A stretch of DNA of 64,000 bases, from positions 1,302,001-1,366,000 of the forward strand of contig JAQGDQ010000004.1 of NCBI GenBank assembly GCA_030141605.1, written 5' to 3'. The stretch comes from Tubiluchus corallicola. Taxonomy: Eukaryota > Animalia > Priapulida. The first letter of the stretch is position 1; every line of letters starts with the position of its first letter. The notes under the pieces are model-generated. The model did no database searches and was not told the origin of the DNA. It saw only the letters and a program-made list of their open reading frames with translations. A program made the position numbers and the translations under genes. Below are positions 11,134 through 25,700 of the stretch, in pieces.

Positions 11134-13584
11134 TATATATATATATAAGCATAGGCACGAAAAATGTATATATATAATCTTTAATTTTTGAATTTTTTCT
11201 TTTTAGCATCGACACTTGCAGCATTTGCAGACACATTGTCTCAATTGAAAGATGTAAGTATCTTGTATATATATTATTCTTTAGGCGAAAATTTGTGAAT
11301 GCAAAGCTATGTTTATTTTATGCCAAACATTCTTAAAATTAAATCGTACGTTTATATTTGTCAAATTGGTGACTGCAACTTGGTGACAAAAGAACTCATG
11401 CATTTTTACCCAAAAAATCATAGACCATTTTTGTTCACCTTTTAATATATTTGGTCTGGCTTCACAATGAATCTCTTTATGACATACCGCAGAAAGGAAA
11501 GCTATTTAACCTAAAAGCACAAATTATTTTTCAAGCAATTAAAATTGCTGTGCAAGTTTAGTTTTAATTACATATTCAAAATTTTTGTTTTTTTCAGTAT
11601 GGATGGTATTGGGGGCCAATGAGCTTTGAAGAAGCCGAAAACAAACTGAAAAATGCACCTGATGGTTCATTTCTGGTTAGGGATTCATCAAATGACCGCT
11701 ATATTCTTAGTTTGACATTTAGAGCGGAGGGACGCACGCGACATACAAGGATTGAATATCATAAAGGTACGCTGAGCGCAGTAATCAGGTGTTATCATGC
11801 GTATGACGCATACCATCTTTGTTTTGTATATAGACTAGACTAGAATATTGTATTATGTTTTTTTTGTGTGTAACAATTCACACTAGTGCACCAGGATGCA
11901 TCAGTATGGGAAATGAGGTGTACCGTTTTTGAAAGGAATACCAGATGCTATTACTTTTTGGTTACAAAGAAAATTTTTGAAATACTTTGATAGCATACAA
12001 GTTACTAAGTTTATTTACTTAAATGTGTAATAAAAGGGTTAAGTAATGGGTGATTTGCATTTTACCTTAGAAAAAATTGACTTATTTTTAATTTTTTATT
12101 CTTCCTTGATTAATTCTTCAAGAGTGCAGTTTGAAGAATTTTCACAAAACTATGCTATTTTTTGATGATGCTTACGGACTTGCATAAGGAGTAGTTTTGA
12201 CAAACGTGCATTGGGCACAGCTATTGTCATCTAACTGTTAGAAAATCTTTGCAGTAGGTTATATGCAACTTTCCAACTTTGCAGCATCTCTTAATTAGAA
12301 TGTATTGGTGGATAATTAACAGCTACAAACTTTAGCAGCAATTAATGTCATGTTTGCAAAAGAAGATTATTAAATATGAGCAATGTGTGTCAGACTGTTA
12401 GTCGAGTTTTTGGCAGCATCATGTTGTGAACACGTTAAGTACTTGCATTTATTCCAACTTCCTAATCGTTTAATTGAATCAACAAAGATAGAATTTTGCA
12501 TTCTCACCTGAAGGTGTAATGCTCTTATTATAATCTACTTTGGTAATTTCGTGAAAAGTGTTGTATGTCAGATAATTTGTTTGACGTCTTACTATTTATT
12601 GTTGTCATTTATTTATCAATAGCATTATTGCTACATGATTTGTACAAATAGCTGTGTGTTAGAACAATGAGAATCACTGTGTGACATAAAATGCTAAAAC
12701 AATATTTTTAGGTCGATTTGGTTTTGGGGAGATAGAAAACTCGTTTGGATTTGGTAGTGTTGTTGATTTGATCGAGAACACGGTTGAGGAGTCATTGAAA
12801 GGCAACTACTGCTTTTTCCTCCGACATCCTGTGCATGGCCGTCCACCCACAAGAGTTTTACTGACTTCTCCTGTGTCTCGGTTTGCCACGATGAGATCTT
12901 TGCAGCATATGTGCAGGTATGAATTCATTTCTTGTCCAGTGAGATGATTATTGCAGGACTGACAGGAACCAAGTAATATAATTGTTGCTTGCAATCAGAA
13001 ATTAATTTTTCCGGCAAGAAATAAAAGATTATTTTCTCCGGCGTGACATCAATGCTTTTTTTAACTCGATCTACAATATATACATAAATACATGGAAAAC
13101 AGTTGCACATATATTTGTTACATGTAATAATTTTTGATTTAAGAAATTTAGGCCGAGAAAGCCATATTTGGACTCATAGCTTAAAGACAGATATCAGAAA
13201 GCGAAGTGATGCAATATCAATAATTATATAGATTGTTGACATTATCGTGCAAGGCATAGCATGACAGAGTGAACACTAACTGAAAAGAAACTGTATTTTG
13301 GAAAAAAATTTCTGCCTTGTGAACTTTTCTGCTGTGATGCTTTTGTATACATACATTTTCTTCCTTGTGTGTTTACTACTCTTGTAATTGATACATAATG
13401 TTTTTGTTTTTCGGTTTACCATAACCGAAATTAATTTAGCATCCATCAGCTCAATGCCTTTAAATATGTTTTCAGGTTTGTGATACTTAGGAGCACTAGA
13501 TTTGATCACATAGATTGCCTGCCATTGCCGAGTCGTTTGAAGCACTACCTAAAGGATCCACATTATTATGCAGAACAACAGTAA
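6377..13584 (+). CDS. SOCS7: Suppressor of cytokine signaling 7-like protein (long Pro-rich N-terminus, SH2 domain, SOCS box), about 905 aa
   Basis: Exons 6377-8384, 9104-9283 (donor uncertain, alternative 9292), 11207-11253, 11598-11766, 12712-12916, 13476-13584. All junctions are GT-AG and phase-consistent (2718 nt). SH2 region LKDYGWYWGPMSFEEAENKLKNAPDGSFLVRDSSNDRYILSLTFR resembles SOCS6/7. SOCS box is SLQHMCRFVI...LPLPSRLKHYL. A 5'UTR acceptor lies at 6066. Confidence 0.9.
8849..9038. mobile_element. About 190-bp Tigger/pogo-like MITE in SOCS7 intron 1
   Basis: TA|tagtcaaacctcgttataatgcc ... ggtgtaaagaggcttgactt|TA: imperfect terminal inverted repeats with TA flanks. Confidence 0.65.
9886..11083. 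mobile_element. About 1.2-kb Tc1/mariner-pogo superfamily non-autonomous element with about 330-bp terminal inverted repeats, inserted in a (TA)n microsatellite
   Basis: Left end cggtaggtgccgcttaat versus right end attaagcggcgactactg. Positions 9886 to about 10215 align as an inverted copy of about 10760-11083, for example ccgcttctattcaaatata / tatatttgaatagaagcgg and aaaactatcggtaattgactcaaataact / agttatttgagtcaattaccgatagtttt. (TA)n lies on both sides. Confidence 0.9.
11084..11148. repeat. Interrupted (TA)n microsatellite
   Basis: (TA)n runs broken by cac. Confidence 0.95.
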
Positions 13585-16500
13585 CAGTTAGTCATCATGC
13601 TTCGTAATCCCCATCATAACCCGGTTGTTTTTGTGAACTTGTTGACTTATTTGATTGTAGTTTATTGAGATATTATAATGGATATTTTATTTCAAGAAAA
13701 GTTGTTTTGGTAATAGTTGATTCATTAGTTAAGTGAATACTGTTGATGGCAAATGAGCTACATTGAAGCAAATTTTCTGGTTACGTTGTAAGTTCTTAAA
13801 TACAGTTGCAGCAGTACCTGTTTTTTTATTGCTTTGTTAATTGGTAACATCAGCGTGTGATTTATTATTATTAACTTTGTACGTTTTACTTATGCAGAAA
13901 CTTTTAATCTTTTCAGTTTATTTATATTTATGGTTCTTTTATTGCCTTTGTATTCATAGTAGTTCTATTTTTCTTCTCTTGTGCCACATGATGAAAACTG
14001 TTCCTACTAAGTAAAGTAAGATGGGTGGCTTAGTATGAATTTTGCTGAAATTCATTTTGTAGTTACAAAACTTTTCTCTGTAAATGTTCAGTATATTATA
14101 GTTGAAAATTTTATTAGATTTTTGTTATTTGCCAGACAAAAAATGTCATGTAGTGTGCTATTTGTTAAGATTATGCCACTGGTGTTTGTCAACTCATAAT
14201 TATAAATAATAGTTAAAATCTTGAGTCACTATTAGTTACCAAAAAATTTGTTTTACTTTTCATATTGAAAATGAGTTACTGAGAATTACTCAGATTACAT
14301 TTCATATTAAATTGATATAGTTTTGTCTGTTGCATAAATGTTTAGGCTACTGTTGTTGTTATTGATTTGTTGCTTGCTATTATTGTTTGTTGGCATGTTA
14401 ATTTATATACTACAGTTTATGTTGATTTTTAAACGGAAGTTTAAGAATTGATTGTAACCAATGCATCGTAAATAGATTTTATAAAATAGGATACACAATT
14501 AATTGTGTGTAATTATGTGGTCTGCAATATAAATTATAACCTAAAAATGGTCTTTATGCTTTGTCAGTGTTATCTTGAAGAAAATGTATGCTTGGTGTCT
14601 ATGACAATGTTTGTTGTTCGTTAATAATTCGGTATGCTATATGACTCAATTGTCTCAGTGCTTCAGGTATATATTATTGTGCAGACTGCTTTTCACCCCC
14701 ATAGTGGAGCTAGGCAGTTCAATTAATGCTTACTGCAACTAGGCCTTTTAAAAGATTACTTTGCCATTGTGCTGACAACTCCGAAAGATACTGAAAACAA
14801 ACAGGTAGTTTAGTAGCTAAAAGGTCACATTGAAGTCCTCGTCAGCCCTCAAGCAAAATATGTAGTGCCAAATTTATCTTGAATACGGTAACTTTTCAAA
14901 AACGACTGAAGCGCTTTGAGAGGCACTCTCTAACTGCTTTCTATCAGTTGATAGACATAGCCTGTGCAGCCCGACTGTGTGAATTCGTTCTGACAGATGG
15001 CGAACTTGGAAATCATTAAATCTGATATGGTGCACATAATCTCAGGAGTTGCTCTATGCCTGGGCTTTGTTAGTGGGTTCAATCAAAAAGGTACTGGTTG
15101 GATCACTGTATTGAATTTTTCCATAATTTTTTGTGAAAATTACAATAATTTATGGAGAATTGAAACACTATACACACTAGCTTGTAAGAGATTCAGAATT
15201 TGTCAGCATGAACAAACCACAAAAAACAAAATGAAGTTCCAGGCTTCCTTGTAAATAGTCACTTTAGTGACTTAACCTGTTTCCATTGTCTTGTAGCAAG
15301 TTCTGTGGTCTTTCAAAGTGTGGCTTATTGACTATTAATTTTGCTGGCATTTGGCTTTACTTATGGATACTTGGACATGCACGAGGTTTCCAACTGTGTA
15401 TTCCAGAAACCAACCACATTCTATATTACTGTAGTTTGCCTTTAAAGGGCTTTCTCCTGCCTCAATGGTGATGACATAGTTCAATATTTTGTGTTTTTAT
15501 GTTAGGAGAATAGAATGGGGCGTAAGTCATTGTCATCTCATTATTGGCTCTGCCTGTTGTCTGCATTTCCGGCTTTTGTTGTGTCATAGCATAATATATG
15601 ATGCCATTAACAAATCAGTTATATCTACTTTAACTATATTCTGCCCTATGATACTATAATAATATAAAATTATAAAGTCGTACTTTAACACAAAATTAAA
15701 TAGTTTTAATTTTACTAAAATATTTCGCAGCAATTTAACAATTGAATAATAGTAACACAGTTCTTTTGAAATTGATGATCAACAAAACTATAATACACTA
15801 TAATAATATAAGCTGCAATATCACATTCTGTTTTCGTTGTAATAAGTGTTAATGCAAAATGTTGCAATATTACAATACATTACTTGCCAGTAAATTAATT
15901 TGCAGATACAACTTAAAAAGTACACAAAATATATTTCGATAAAGTGCCATTATGATATATGCCACCTCAGATATACACATTACCACCTTCGTAACATTTA
16001 CATCAGTGCCTACAGAAACTTTGAAAATGAAATACAGCAAATGTATTATCAATAAAGACTCTCGAAAATAGTACACCCCTGTAAATTATGTTTCATTACA
16101 CTACATACGAAAAATGTTCGTACTTCTTTGATCATATGTAGTTAGCAATAATTATCCAGTATCCATGAAATGTAAGTGAAGTGTTTTGATCCAATGTAAG
16201 ACATGTAAGGCACTTATGTTATTGCATAATAATGTACAAGTGACTTTTTAAATGGTTATAGTTACAAAGTATATTCTCTGATGAACATAAACACAAATTA
16301 ATCAATAATTGGCAACGACCTAATAATTTATGCAACATATACTTTTTCATTGTCGCACATCATATCACTTACTATGATTACTATAAATCCATGACACAGC
16401 TTCATTTTTTGCTAAAGGCCTAAAAGAAAATTATAAAAACCAACAGCACAACCCTTTGCAATAAAACAATTTGTGTTCTTCGTCAAAGTTCTTAGTTGTA

Positions 16501-16750
16501 ATTTTTAGTTTCCAGGTGCTCCGGACACTCAGCTAAAATCAGCTCAACTGATGGCAACAATCTTTGACAAAATTTCCCCATCACTTTTTCCTTCAATTAG
16601 ATTTTTTGGTGGCTTATCCAATACCTCCACTTACATTGTTTAAATTATGAATGCTGGCCAACATTAATGGTTGGCCGTAAAGCCCTTAACTATCCATAAA
16701 GCACAGCTGGCAATTCCTATTCATTCAACTTTAGTTTCAAATAAATCCCT

Positions 16751-19700
16751 TTACTTGCATTTCAGCAATGCTTTATATTCATTTATATAATATATTTCCT
16801 CTTCTAAAGTTGAATCTAAATAATCTTCGTCTTCTTCTTCCTCAAAAGCATCAGCAATTAAATCTACTGCCTCCTCTTTTTCTTTCCTCTCCTCCAATTT
16901 TAATGAATCGGGTGAAGAAGCTAAAAATAATTTAAATAAGGTTTACATATATTTAAAAAAGTTTAAGCCATGTTTCAGTTTGTATACTAATTAACAAAGT
17001 ATAACTGATACGACCAAAAATGAAAAACAACTCTTGCATAAAAGCATGGCTGTTTCTTAATTACCAGTAACACTACGATAATGACTTAATAATCAATGAA
17101 CAGTACCTCATTGGTTAATATATTAGAATTGAACATAAATAAATATAATAAAAAAGATTTTACGACTTCTATAAACTTAGTGACAGAAATAGCTGCAAAA
17201 TGCGTATAAGCAAAAAACAAAAAAAATTTCTCCAGTATTTCCCCCACTACGGATTTGCATAGAAGTGTCAACCAACATGTTAGACACATTTTTATAAACT
17301 TCCATAGTGGCAGATTTTAGTTTCAATTATAAGTCAGTAGCTATTTTTACTTCCATACTGATAATTTAGTATAAAAAAATTTGAAAATTTGGAATGCAAA
17401 TATTGAAATATTGTTTGACCGTAGTTCTCACTTCAGTTTTTCAAAAGCATAACAGGCTTCACAAAATTTTTTGTCTTTGTTTTACAAAATTGTCAGATGA
17501 AATTATACTAAATTATATTATCCTTAATACGCTAAAAATAATGGGATTTTAAATGCATTTTGTACAGCTTAGCCCAGAGAAAACATTAGTATTCTTAATA
17601 CTTCTGAAAAATAATTTGATTTTTTGTTGTTGAGTGAGATTAATAAAAAAACTTGCATGTACTAGATGCAGATGACGAACAATCTGGATCAATTAAAGCT
17701 TGATTTTCAAGAAGAGACTGTAGACATCGATCAATGTTACCATGCCAGTGTTTTAACCACTTGGTAGCAATATCAATGTCAAATCCCATGGACAAAATCT
17801 GCAAAACAAAATATATTAAAGTGTAGTTTTAAGAAAGAACCTGTGAATATCCTATAATAGTTATGGCTCAACATGTTAACTTATTGTTTCTGACTCCTAA
17901 TTTAGCAGTAATTCACTCTAACAAAACAAACTTCTGGCACTTTTTGCCAAAAAACACCGACTGAAATTTAAATTTTGTTAACAGTCTACAGAAACACTGT
18001 ACCTGCAGTTTTATGAAAATAATGTAATTCTTGCAGTAACATTATTACCAATGGTTACTTTCTACATTTAAGAAATCAAACAACGTAAAAATGTAAAGAC
18101 GTTTGATTTACTTAAACCAAGCATATTGGTTTTTGTCCCATACATGCATAATTTTCTACGGCAATTCATTTAGCACCGTCTATTGTTAAATTACATTAGT
18201 TTCATTATGTAAGGACTCACTGTATCTAAATTTGAATTCTGAGTCTTACAACTTCACTTTAGATTCTAACATGCAGAAAAAGTGCAAAATCTAGAATCAA
18301 ATTATAATACCGGTAGTACCCTCTGCACCTAGTGAGCCTCCTTTTCAATCATTTAGAAAAGCCAAGCCTAAACAGCCAAGGCACTTTTACACCATCATCA
18401 TTATTCCGTTCTTTGCATTCCTTGTTCCACTTCATGCTCCACAGTCACATCCGTCTGTCCACTGCCCGTAAGCACAAGCACGCAGATTAGCTTGTTTTAA
18501 TTACTATCCAGAAGACAGTAAATAATTTAAACATAATTGCAATAAACATCCACACTCAGTCATCACAACAATACTTCTGTGTTCATAGAATTTTAGATGT
18601 CATTCCTTACATGATTATGTTGCTCCTCTGTAAAACTAAACAACTTTTTTGATCCCTTGTTTGGAGAGGTATCTTCTAGAAACATTAAATCAGGCTGATC
18701 TTGTATTATCTGTAACATAAAAAAGACTCATTTCAGTGACAGCATACAAACCAATTTCACATTTTGGAAATTTAGTGATGTTGAAGTTTTTAAGTGGCAC
18801 ATTAAGAATGTTAGTACAGCTACTCCAAAAAGAACTCCAGGTAGAATTTAGTTAGAATTCTAGGTTCTAGCAAATAAATTTTGCATGTTCTCTTATTTTC
18901 TTCACATGCAATCACCTTGTGTCTACTAATAAGCATGCATCAACTGCACTTCTGAAACTTGCCACATGATGTTGCAAACGGCTAAACTCAAAATTATATG
19001 AAGTTACATGACGAAAAATTAGGCAACACAGTTTATCTTCGATTATTCACTTACGGATTAATAATGCTTCAGATTATTTACTTGGTACTGTGTTAGCATT
19101 CTATTGCTACAATATCTAGCAAGCTTCTGAATGAAAGCTAGCTTATAAAGAAAAAGCAATGACTTATGGTTTTCATTGTTTTATTTATAAACAAAGTATA
19201 AACAGTGTAACAAAAATAAATTTTAACAGTACATTAAAGGTTTGTTCTTTCATGTGTATATTCAATTTGTTCATGACAAAAAAGTCAGCGCGAGATTTCA
19301 GCTGTGTACACTGTCTGGTAGTAGCTTTGTGTAGCTTTAAGTGAAAATAATTGCAATGGAAGATGCTTGTACATTCCATTCATATTCCCACAATGTTATA
19401 ATTATAGCGTTATGCATTAACACATTAAGAAGGTTGAGCTGAATAGAAATATTCATTAAGTTTAAAACATTAATTAAGACTTAACAGCCTTATTTCTATT
19501 CAGCTCAACCTTAACTGACTGAGATAAAAAAGACAATACATGTAGCAGATAACCAATTTTCTACAAATGCAAAACAGAAAAATTTAACTCATTTTCTTCT
19601 TTCACTACTTTATGCAACAATCTGTTATAATGCTATTACAGATTAATTACAGCACAGGCAGACAGTGTAGTACGAACTTGCCCCTAAGGTGACTGAATAT

Positions 19701-22700
19701 ACATTTTCAGTACATAAAAACTATAAGCAAAATATAAAAAAATTGATATTCCTTATCTATTTGATTATCAGTGTTTTCTTTCATTCACAGAGCCTTAGTT
19801 ACAGGCTAGCACAAATAAGCAAGAATTTGCTATCCAACTTTTAGGTAGGTAATGTTTGGAAAGACAATTCAGAAAACAGTCACAATTACAGACAGTTAAA
19901 AATTTATCAAGATGAAGAACTGAAAAATAATTTGATGCACCTGAATTGCTTGCTCTACGTTATTGTTTGCATGCCTTAGACCTTCTCTGGCAGCTGGTGC
20001 AGGATAACCCATGTTCAGGAGTGTTTCATAGTGCTCCACAATAACCCTAACATAAATGAAATCAATCTAAACCTTCTACAATAAGAAGTTCACAACCCAT
20101 CAGATATGTATATATTCAGGATTTTCTGAAAATTAAAAACCATTTTTAGAAAAACAGTGAGAACAAAAAATTTGTGTTCATTTTTAAATATGTTACCTTC
20201 TTACCTTATATTAATAACATATATCTTACACAACTGTTCAATGCAGTTTAGTAGTCTTAGTTGAGGCAATTTCAAAAAAATATATAATTTGATGTTTATT
20301 AATTAAATATTGAAAATTCAATATTCAATATTCAATAATATATTCAAACAGCCAAAATGCCACCAAACAGAGTCAAGAACAGCTAATAGCGCTTTAAGCC
20401 AGATGTACCACTAGACTGAGCAGACTTTATCAAAAATTTGGTGTACATATGTAAACAAAATTTTTCATTATATTATGGGTGAACATGTTTATCCGAAATT
20501 GAAACAAAAAGTGTTAAAGTGTCAAAGTAACACTGAACAATTAAATTCCTGAACAAATTAGTAGTCATACCATGGGAAAGAATGATCATGTTGCAGGAAA
20601 GTAACAAATACATACCATTTCCCACTAGTTGTCTTGCCAAGTGATTTTTGGAAACGTTTAGCTTTCCGTTCTTTTTTCTCTTTTTCTTGCCGTTCCTTTT
20701 TCTCCTGTTTAAGAACCAACAAGCAGTTTGAAAATTTCCGAAATAATTAGCACATAAGTTCCAAGTTTGAATCAATGCCCTTCAAACAAAACTGGGACTA
20801 TTTTTATCTAGAAACAGATATTTTATCTTCCACAGCAATGAGACCACTTATGTTTATATATAGTTTGAATAAATTAAACATTTTGCAAATTTTATTACTA
20901 ACATCTCTAAAATATTTTTCTTCAGCATAAAAGGTAAGTTTTTTGCAGTGGCAATGTAATTACTTTATAATTTAAAAAATTTAAAACAAACTCTGATTTG
21001 TCGGAAATCTTAACTTAATCAATAACAAAAATAACAAGGAAACATCAAAAAAATATAACATATTCACAAATTTTGAACGATGGACACAGCGTCTTTCACA
21101 GAGATGTAGTTGGGATATCAAACATTTGCATTATTTACTGTGGAAGTATAACTTAATTAAAGAAAGAATCACGTAACATCACATTTTACTGGCATGCATC
21201 GTCATCGTTAACCAAAGATCTTGCTATACGTTCAAACTCGCATAATATATTGCACGTTCCTCACCTCCCTTCTATGAACTATATGTGAAACAGCCATTTC
21301 AACGTTTCCACTACACCGTCTCAGACCCAATCGAGCTTCTGCTGTAGAGAAGCCAAGTGCCATCAGTTGACTTAATTTATTGTCTTCAACTGTCAAAAGC
21401 TGCACCTCTGAAGAAGCCTAAAAAGTCCATATCACTAGTAAAATGATACAAACTAGCATAGTAACTAGAGCTACCAAAGTTGATATTTGCAGTTGGCAAA
21501 AAGCTCTTTCCTGATGCTTTACTGATATTTGGCTGATGACAAAATATTTACGTTTCCGATGTGTTGACACAACTGCCCATGGAACACAAGATTAAAAAAA
21601 CAGATCAGCTTTAGTGCAAGTTTCTTAATTTACAAGACAAGTAGAGTTCACATGTTACAACTTAAGATATATAAACATAGTGTGACTGCATAAGTCGTGC
21701 CAAAGCTATTATATGAACCCAAACAAAAAATATTTTTGGCTAGGGTAACATGAAAAAATCAAATATTTTTGTAGGTAGATGTTTTTTTGATTTATTTGTC
21801 AAATAATAGTGAACTTTGTGTGTACTAACTAGTATTTCTGTACTACACAAATGTACAATCAGTAAACAAATAGCCACTGCAGATACCCGTTCAAGCCATG
21901 TAACATGTTTTTGATTTTAATGAAAAAATAGTGCAGACTGGTGCAACCAAATTATCTGTGCATTTGATAAATTAAAATGACAAATTCATAACTTCTGTCA
22001 ATTAGACTGCTTATAAAAATAAAATGCACTTGAACTGAATTAACTTCTGTCGGAAGAGCAGCATTCAGCAAAGACAGTATTAGAGGGAATCATCTTGTCT
22101 TGTTTTATATCACAAAATGTTGTTCGTGCTACAATTTTGTTTCTTTAATAATATTTTTTTACAAAATGTTTAATTATGTATTCAAAATTACATTTTAGTA
22201 TTTTGGTACCTTATTAATTAATCGTGCAGCATTGTCTTTATCATTTTTATGAAAAGCTAAAATTCCTTGCAGCAAATGTAGTCTAACAAACAGCACCAAT
22301 TCCTTTGTATCATCACCCTAAAACATTACATCAAATGATAATAATAATATAAATACATAATAACTTGCCTGCCAGTCAGTTCAATAGTGAAGTGAATAGT
22401 ATTTAACTATTGAAAAGTATCAATAAGGATATACAAAACCAGGATCGGTGATCAATTACCTGACTGCAATGCCACAAATAATTATTATAACAGCACTTAG
22501 ACAAATTGAGCACAGATAACTACACCATAAAACAATATTTAGTAATAAATAACGATTAAAAATAAATAAGTGACACTGATTCAAGTTTCCCGAATGAAGT
22601 CAAAATGGACCATTCCTAAAATTATTTAGCTTCCCCTAGGAGAAGTGTTATTGGCAGACCATAGCTCGTTTAATTTTTTGGGGCAACTTTGAGTGTGGGA

Positions 22701-25700
22701 TACTTGCAAAAAATGCATGCACATGTCATAAGTGCACCATAAGTTATGCTGTAAGACCTGATTTTTAAAACTGCTATGCAAGATTCAACCAACCTACTCA
22801 GACAGGCTTACTCTAAAACTTTACCTTGATTGTAATTAATCTCTCCATATTTTCACCATAACTTCTTTTCAAGCAAACTTCAGAAGCTTGTAATCTTCTT
22901 TCTGAAACACGAAAAATGCTGAGATGTGGCAGTGTGCAGCAACAGACATTTAAATTCCAACCTATTCCTATTTATATCTTACCCTTAAAGGTTTTATATA
23001 TCTGTACTTCAAAAAAAGCCTTGTAAGTGACACAAAAAATATTTAAATTCGTTATCAACAAAAAATGAAAACAGAATAGTCATACAACTTTCAACTTGCC
23101 TATGTCTGGTAATTCATTTATATCCTTTAGACAAAGGTAGCACCAACAAATGTCTAGAGAAAGTACAGCGTAGTTATCAACGGCAGTCAGAATACTGGCT
23201 GTGCATTTGCTATAAAACAGAAAAGACACAGGTATTACAATCATCATGATTCATGATGGCAGAATTTTATGGTTAATCTAAAACAAGACACAGTTATGCC
23301 GAGAACTAAGGGACTGCGTAAAAAAACAAAAATCTTTTTTATTTTTTCATTTCATTTCTTTTTTCTATAGTATGCACTATAGTTATTTATGCAGAAAAGG
23401 TAAGTGCATTTGCAGACTCTTACAACTGTTACCATAAGCAAAGTAGCAAATGTTGCTCGAACGATCTTGAATATATGAATGATACTGCAGCCAAACAGTC
23501 ATAATGTGCTTTGTATGCAAGTTCAGAATTGAAGATTCATACATTTAGATCTCTTACAGTAGTCGTTCCATGATTCTGGACAGTGGCAAACTGGCCTCCG
23601 GGATACCGAGAAATTTCTCTGTGGGCCTCAAAGTGATGATTCATCATTTGGGAATTAGGCCTATGCGTCAAACACTGGCGAAAAGCTTGCAATGCAGTTA
23701 TACTTGCTTAATCACCCACGGCTAGCATAAATAGCATAATAAATGACCACAAATGGACATAATAAGACTTTCCATCCTATAGACCTGGCAGTGCATTTTC
23801 CAGTCACAGTATGCCTAGTCGTTGTGGTTGAACAGATTAATCGATTTAAACAATTACAGTCTTCCGATTATCGATGTTAGCTTTTAATGCAAATCTCCTG
23901 TATTACTAATATGATGTTCAGCTTATTTTTGGGAAAAATCATAAAAATCACACAGAAGAAATTAGTTGTCACTGACTAAAATCAAGCAGTGTGGTATTAC
24001 CTTTGCGCAGGTAGCTTAACATGGTGGCATCACTACTCAGACGATTACGAAAACGCAACCAATGTCCCTCACTACTTAGCAGTCAATGAATAAAAAAATA
24101 CCTCAACTAAAAACAATGAAAGCGAAAGAAAGGGCACAATGTTTCAAGCTATCACTGTAGTTCTTCAGGAGAACAAAAAAGAACAAAAAAGAAAAAATCA
24201 TAAGATATAACTAGAACTACAGAACAAAAAATATTGAAGTTTTCTTTTTATTATTAACACATAGAAAGGATCTCGTACTAAAAAGGAGACAAGTGCATGG
24301 AAAAAATACAGAAGCATAGCGGATAAAAACACAAAGGAGAAACACAGAAGTAAAAAAATCATTAGTCATAATCACACAACATCGCAGGACACAACAGAAA
24401 CTAATCAGCAGTATAGTGGTATGTCAATGAGACACAAATTATAAGAAAGGTAAATCATCTAACCAATTTATTTAGCCACATTTCCCATTTGTCGGAAAAG
24501 ACATGATCGTATCAACTACAGGACAACCACAACCATTGGAAGCAAAAGCAAACTGATGGTAGCAATACCTGAACTCAGAATCAGCATCAATGAGCAAGCA
24601 CAGAGCCTTGGCATAAAGTTTCTGCTTTAATGCTTTTCTTCCTTTCTGATGCAGTGTCATGGCAACAGCTAGTGCTCGTCGCTCTTCACGTGGAAGCTGC
24701 AACGGCTTACCGGACTGGTCAGAAATTTGCAGGTATGGATCGTCAGTATCATCTAAAAACAAAATTTGTTGAAATTCTAACACCAGATCAGAGCAAAAGA
24801 AATGATATATGAAGAAGATGGCATTGAACCAGTGTTTGGATTGCAACAAAAGCTGTCTATTACTTAATTCTGAGAATGACCTACAAAACTTATGGTGCCT
24901 TCTATTATAATGTCATTAACTGATTTCTCAGATTCCATTTTGCGGAATCATCAATGATTTCAATGAACAAACTGTGCTTTAAGCTTGTTGCAGTATGCAT
25001 TTATCATATACCAAATAGTGAAATGCCACCAAGTTCATTTTCCTACATGGTCATTTAACTTTATGCAGAATATACAAGGCCAATCACCATTTCTCTAGTT
25101 TTTAACTTCTTTTGTTACAATAAAAATTCAAGTTTTAGTTAAAGTAATAATGCAATACAGTACTAAAAAGTCGTTTAAAAGCTTTTTACATTTTTCAGAA
25201 AACTATTCTTCCAAAATAAGACATTCTTTAGTCAGACATTTCATTTAATGAAAGATAAACCTCATTGACTGTTGTATAAAAATGATAACTACTAATAATT
25301 GATATACCATGGGAACTATCAGCTAAAACTTCTGCTGCTCTGTGAACTTTGGCTGCATTAGATGCAGCTGCCTGTTGATTTAGTGACTCTGCTTCAGTTT
25401 CAGTCAACACTAAAGCCATAATTTGGGTGTTATGCTGAAAAATAAGAAGACAGGAATGCAGATAATTTTCTATAATTTCTGATAAGTGCCTAGAAAACAC
25501 TTATTAATTATAAAACTAATTTTATTAGAATCAATATTCAGTGTAAAAGTGACTTGTACTAAATAATTTTATGTAATGTGATTGTTATGAACTGTTTACT
25601 ATACATGAATGTTTAGCTAGTATTATGAATAGGTACTGTAAGTACTGCGGGATGGGAAAGCCACACACCTGTCCTTCAACAAGTGCATAATTTGGAAACC

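Noticed and set aside
14997-15471. ORFs of 85 and 61 aa downstream of SOCS7
   Set aside because: No recognisable domain or splice structure. They lie in the probable 3'UTR.
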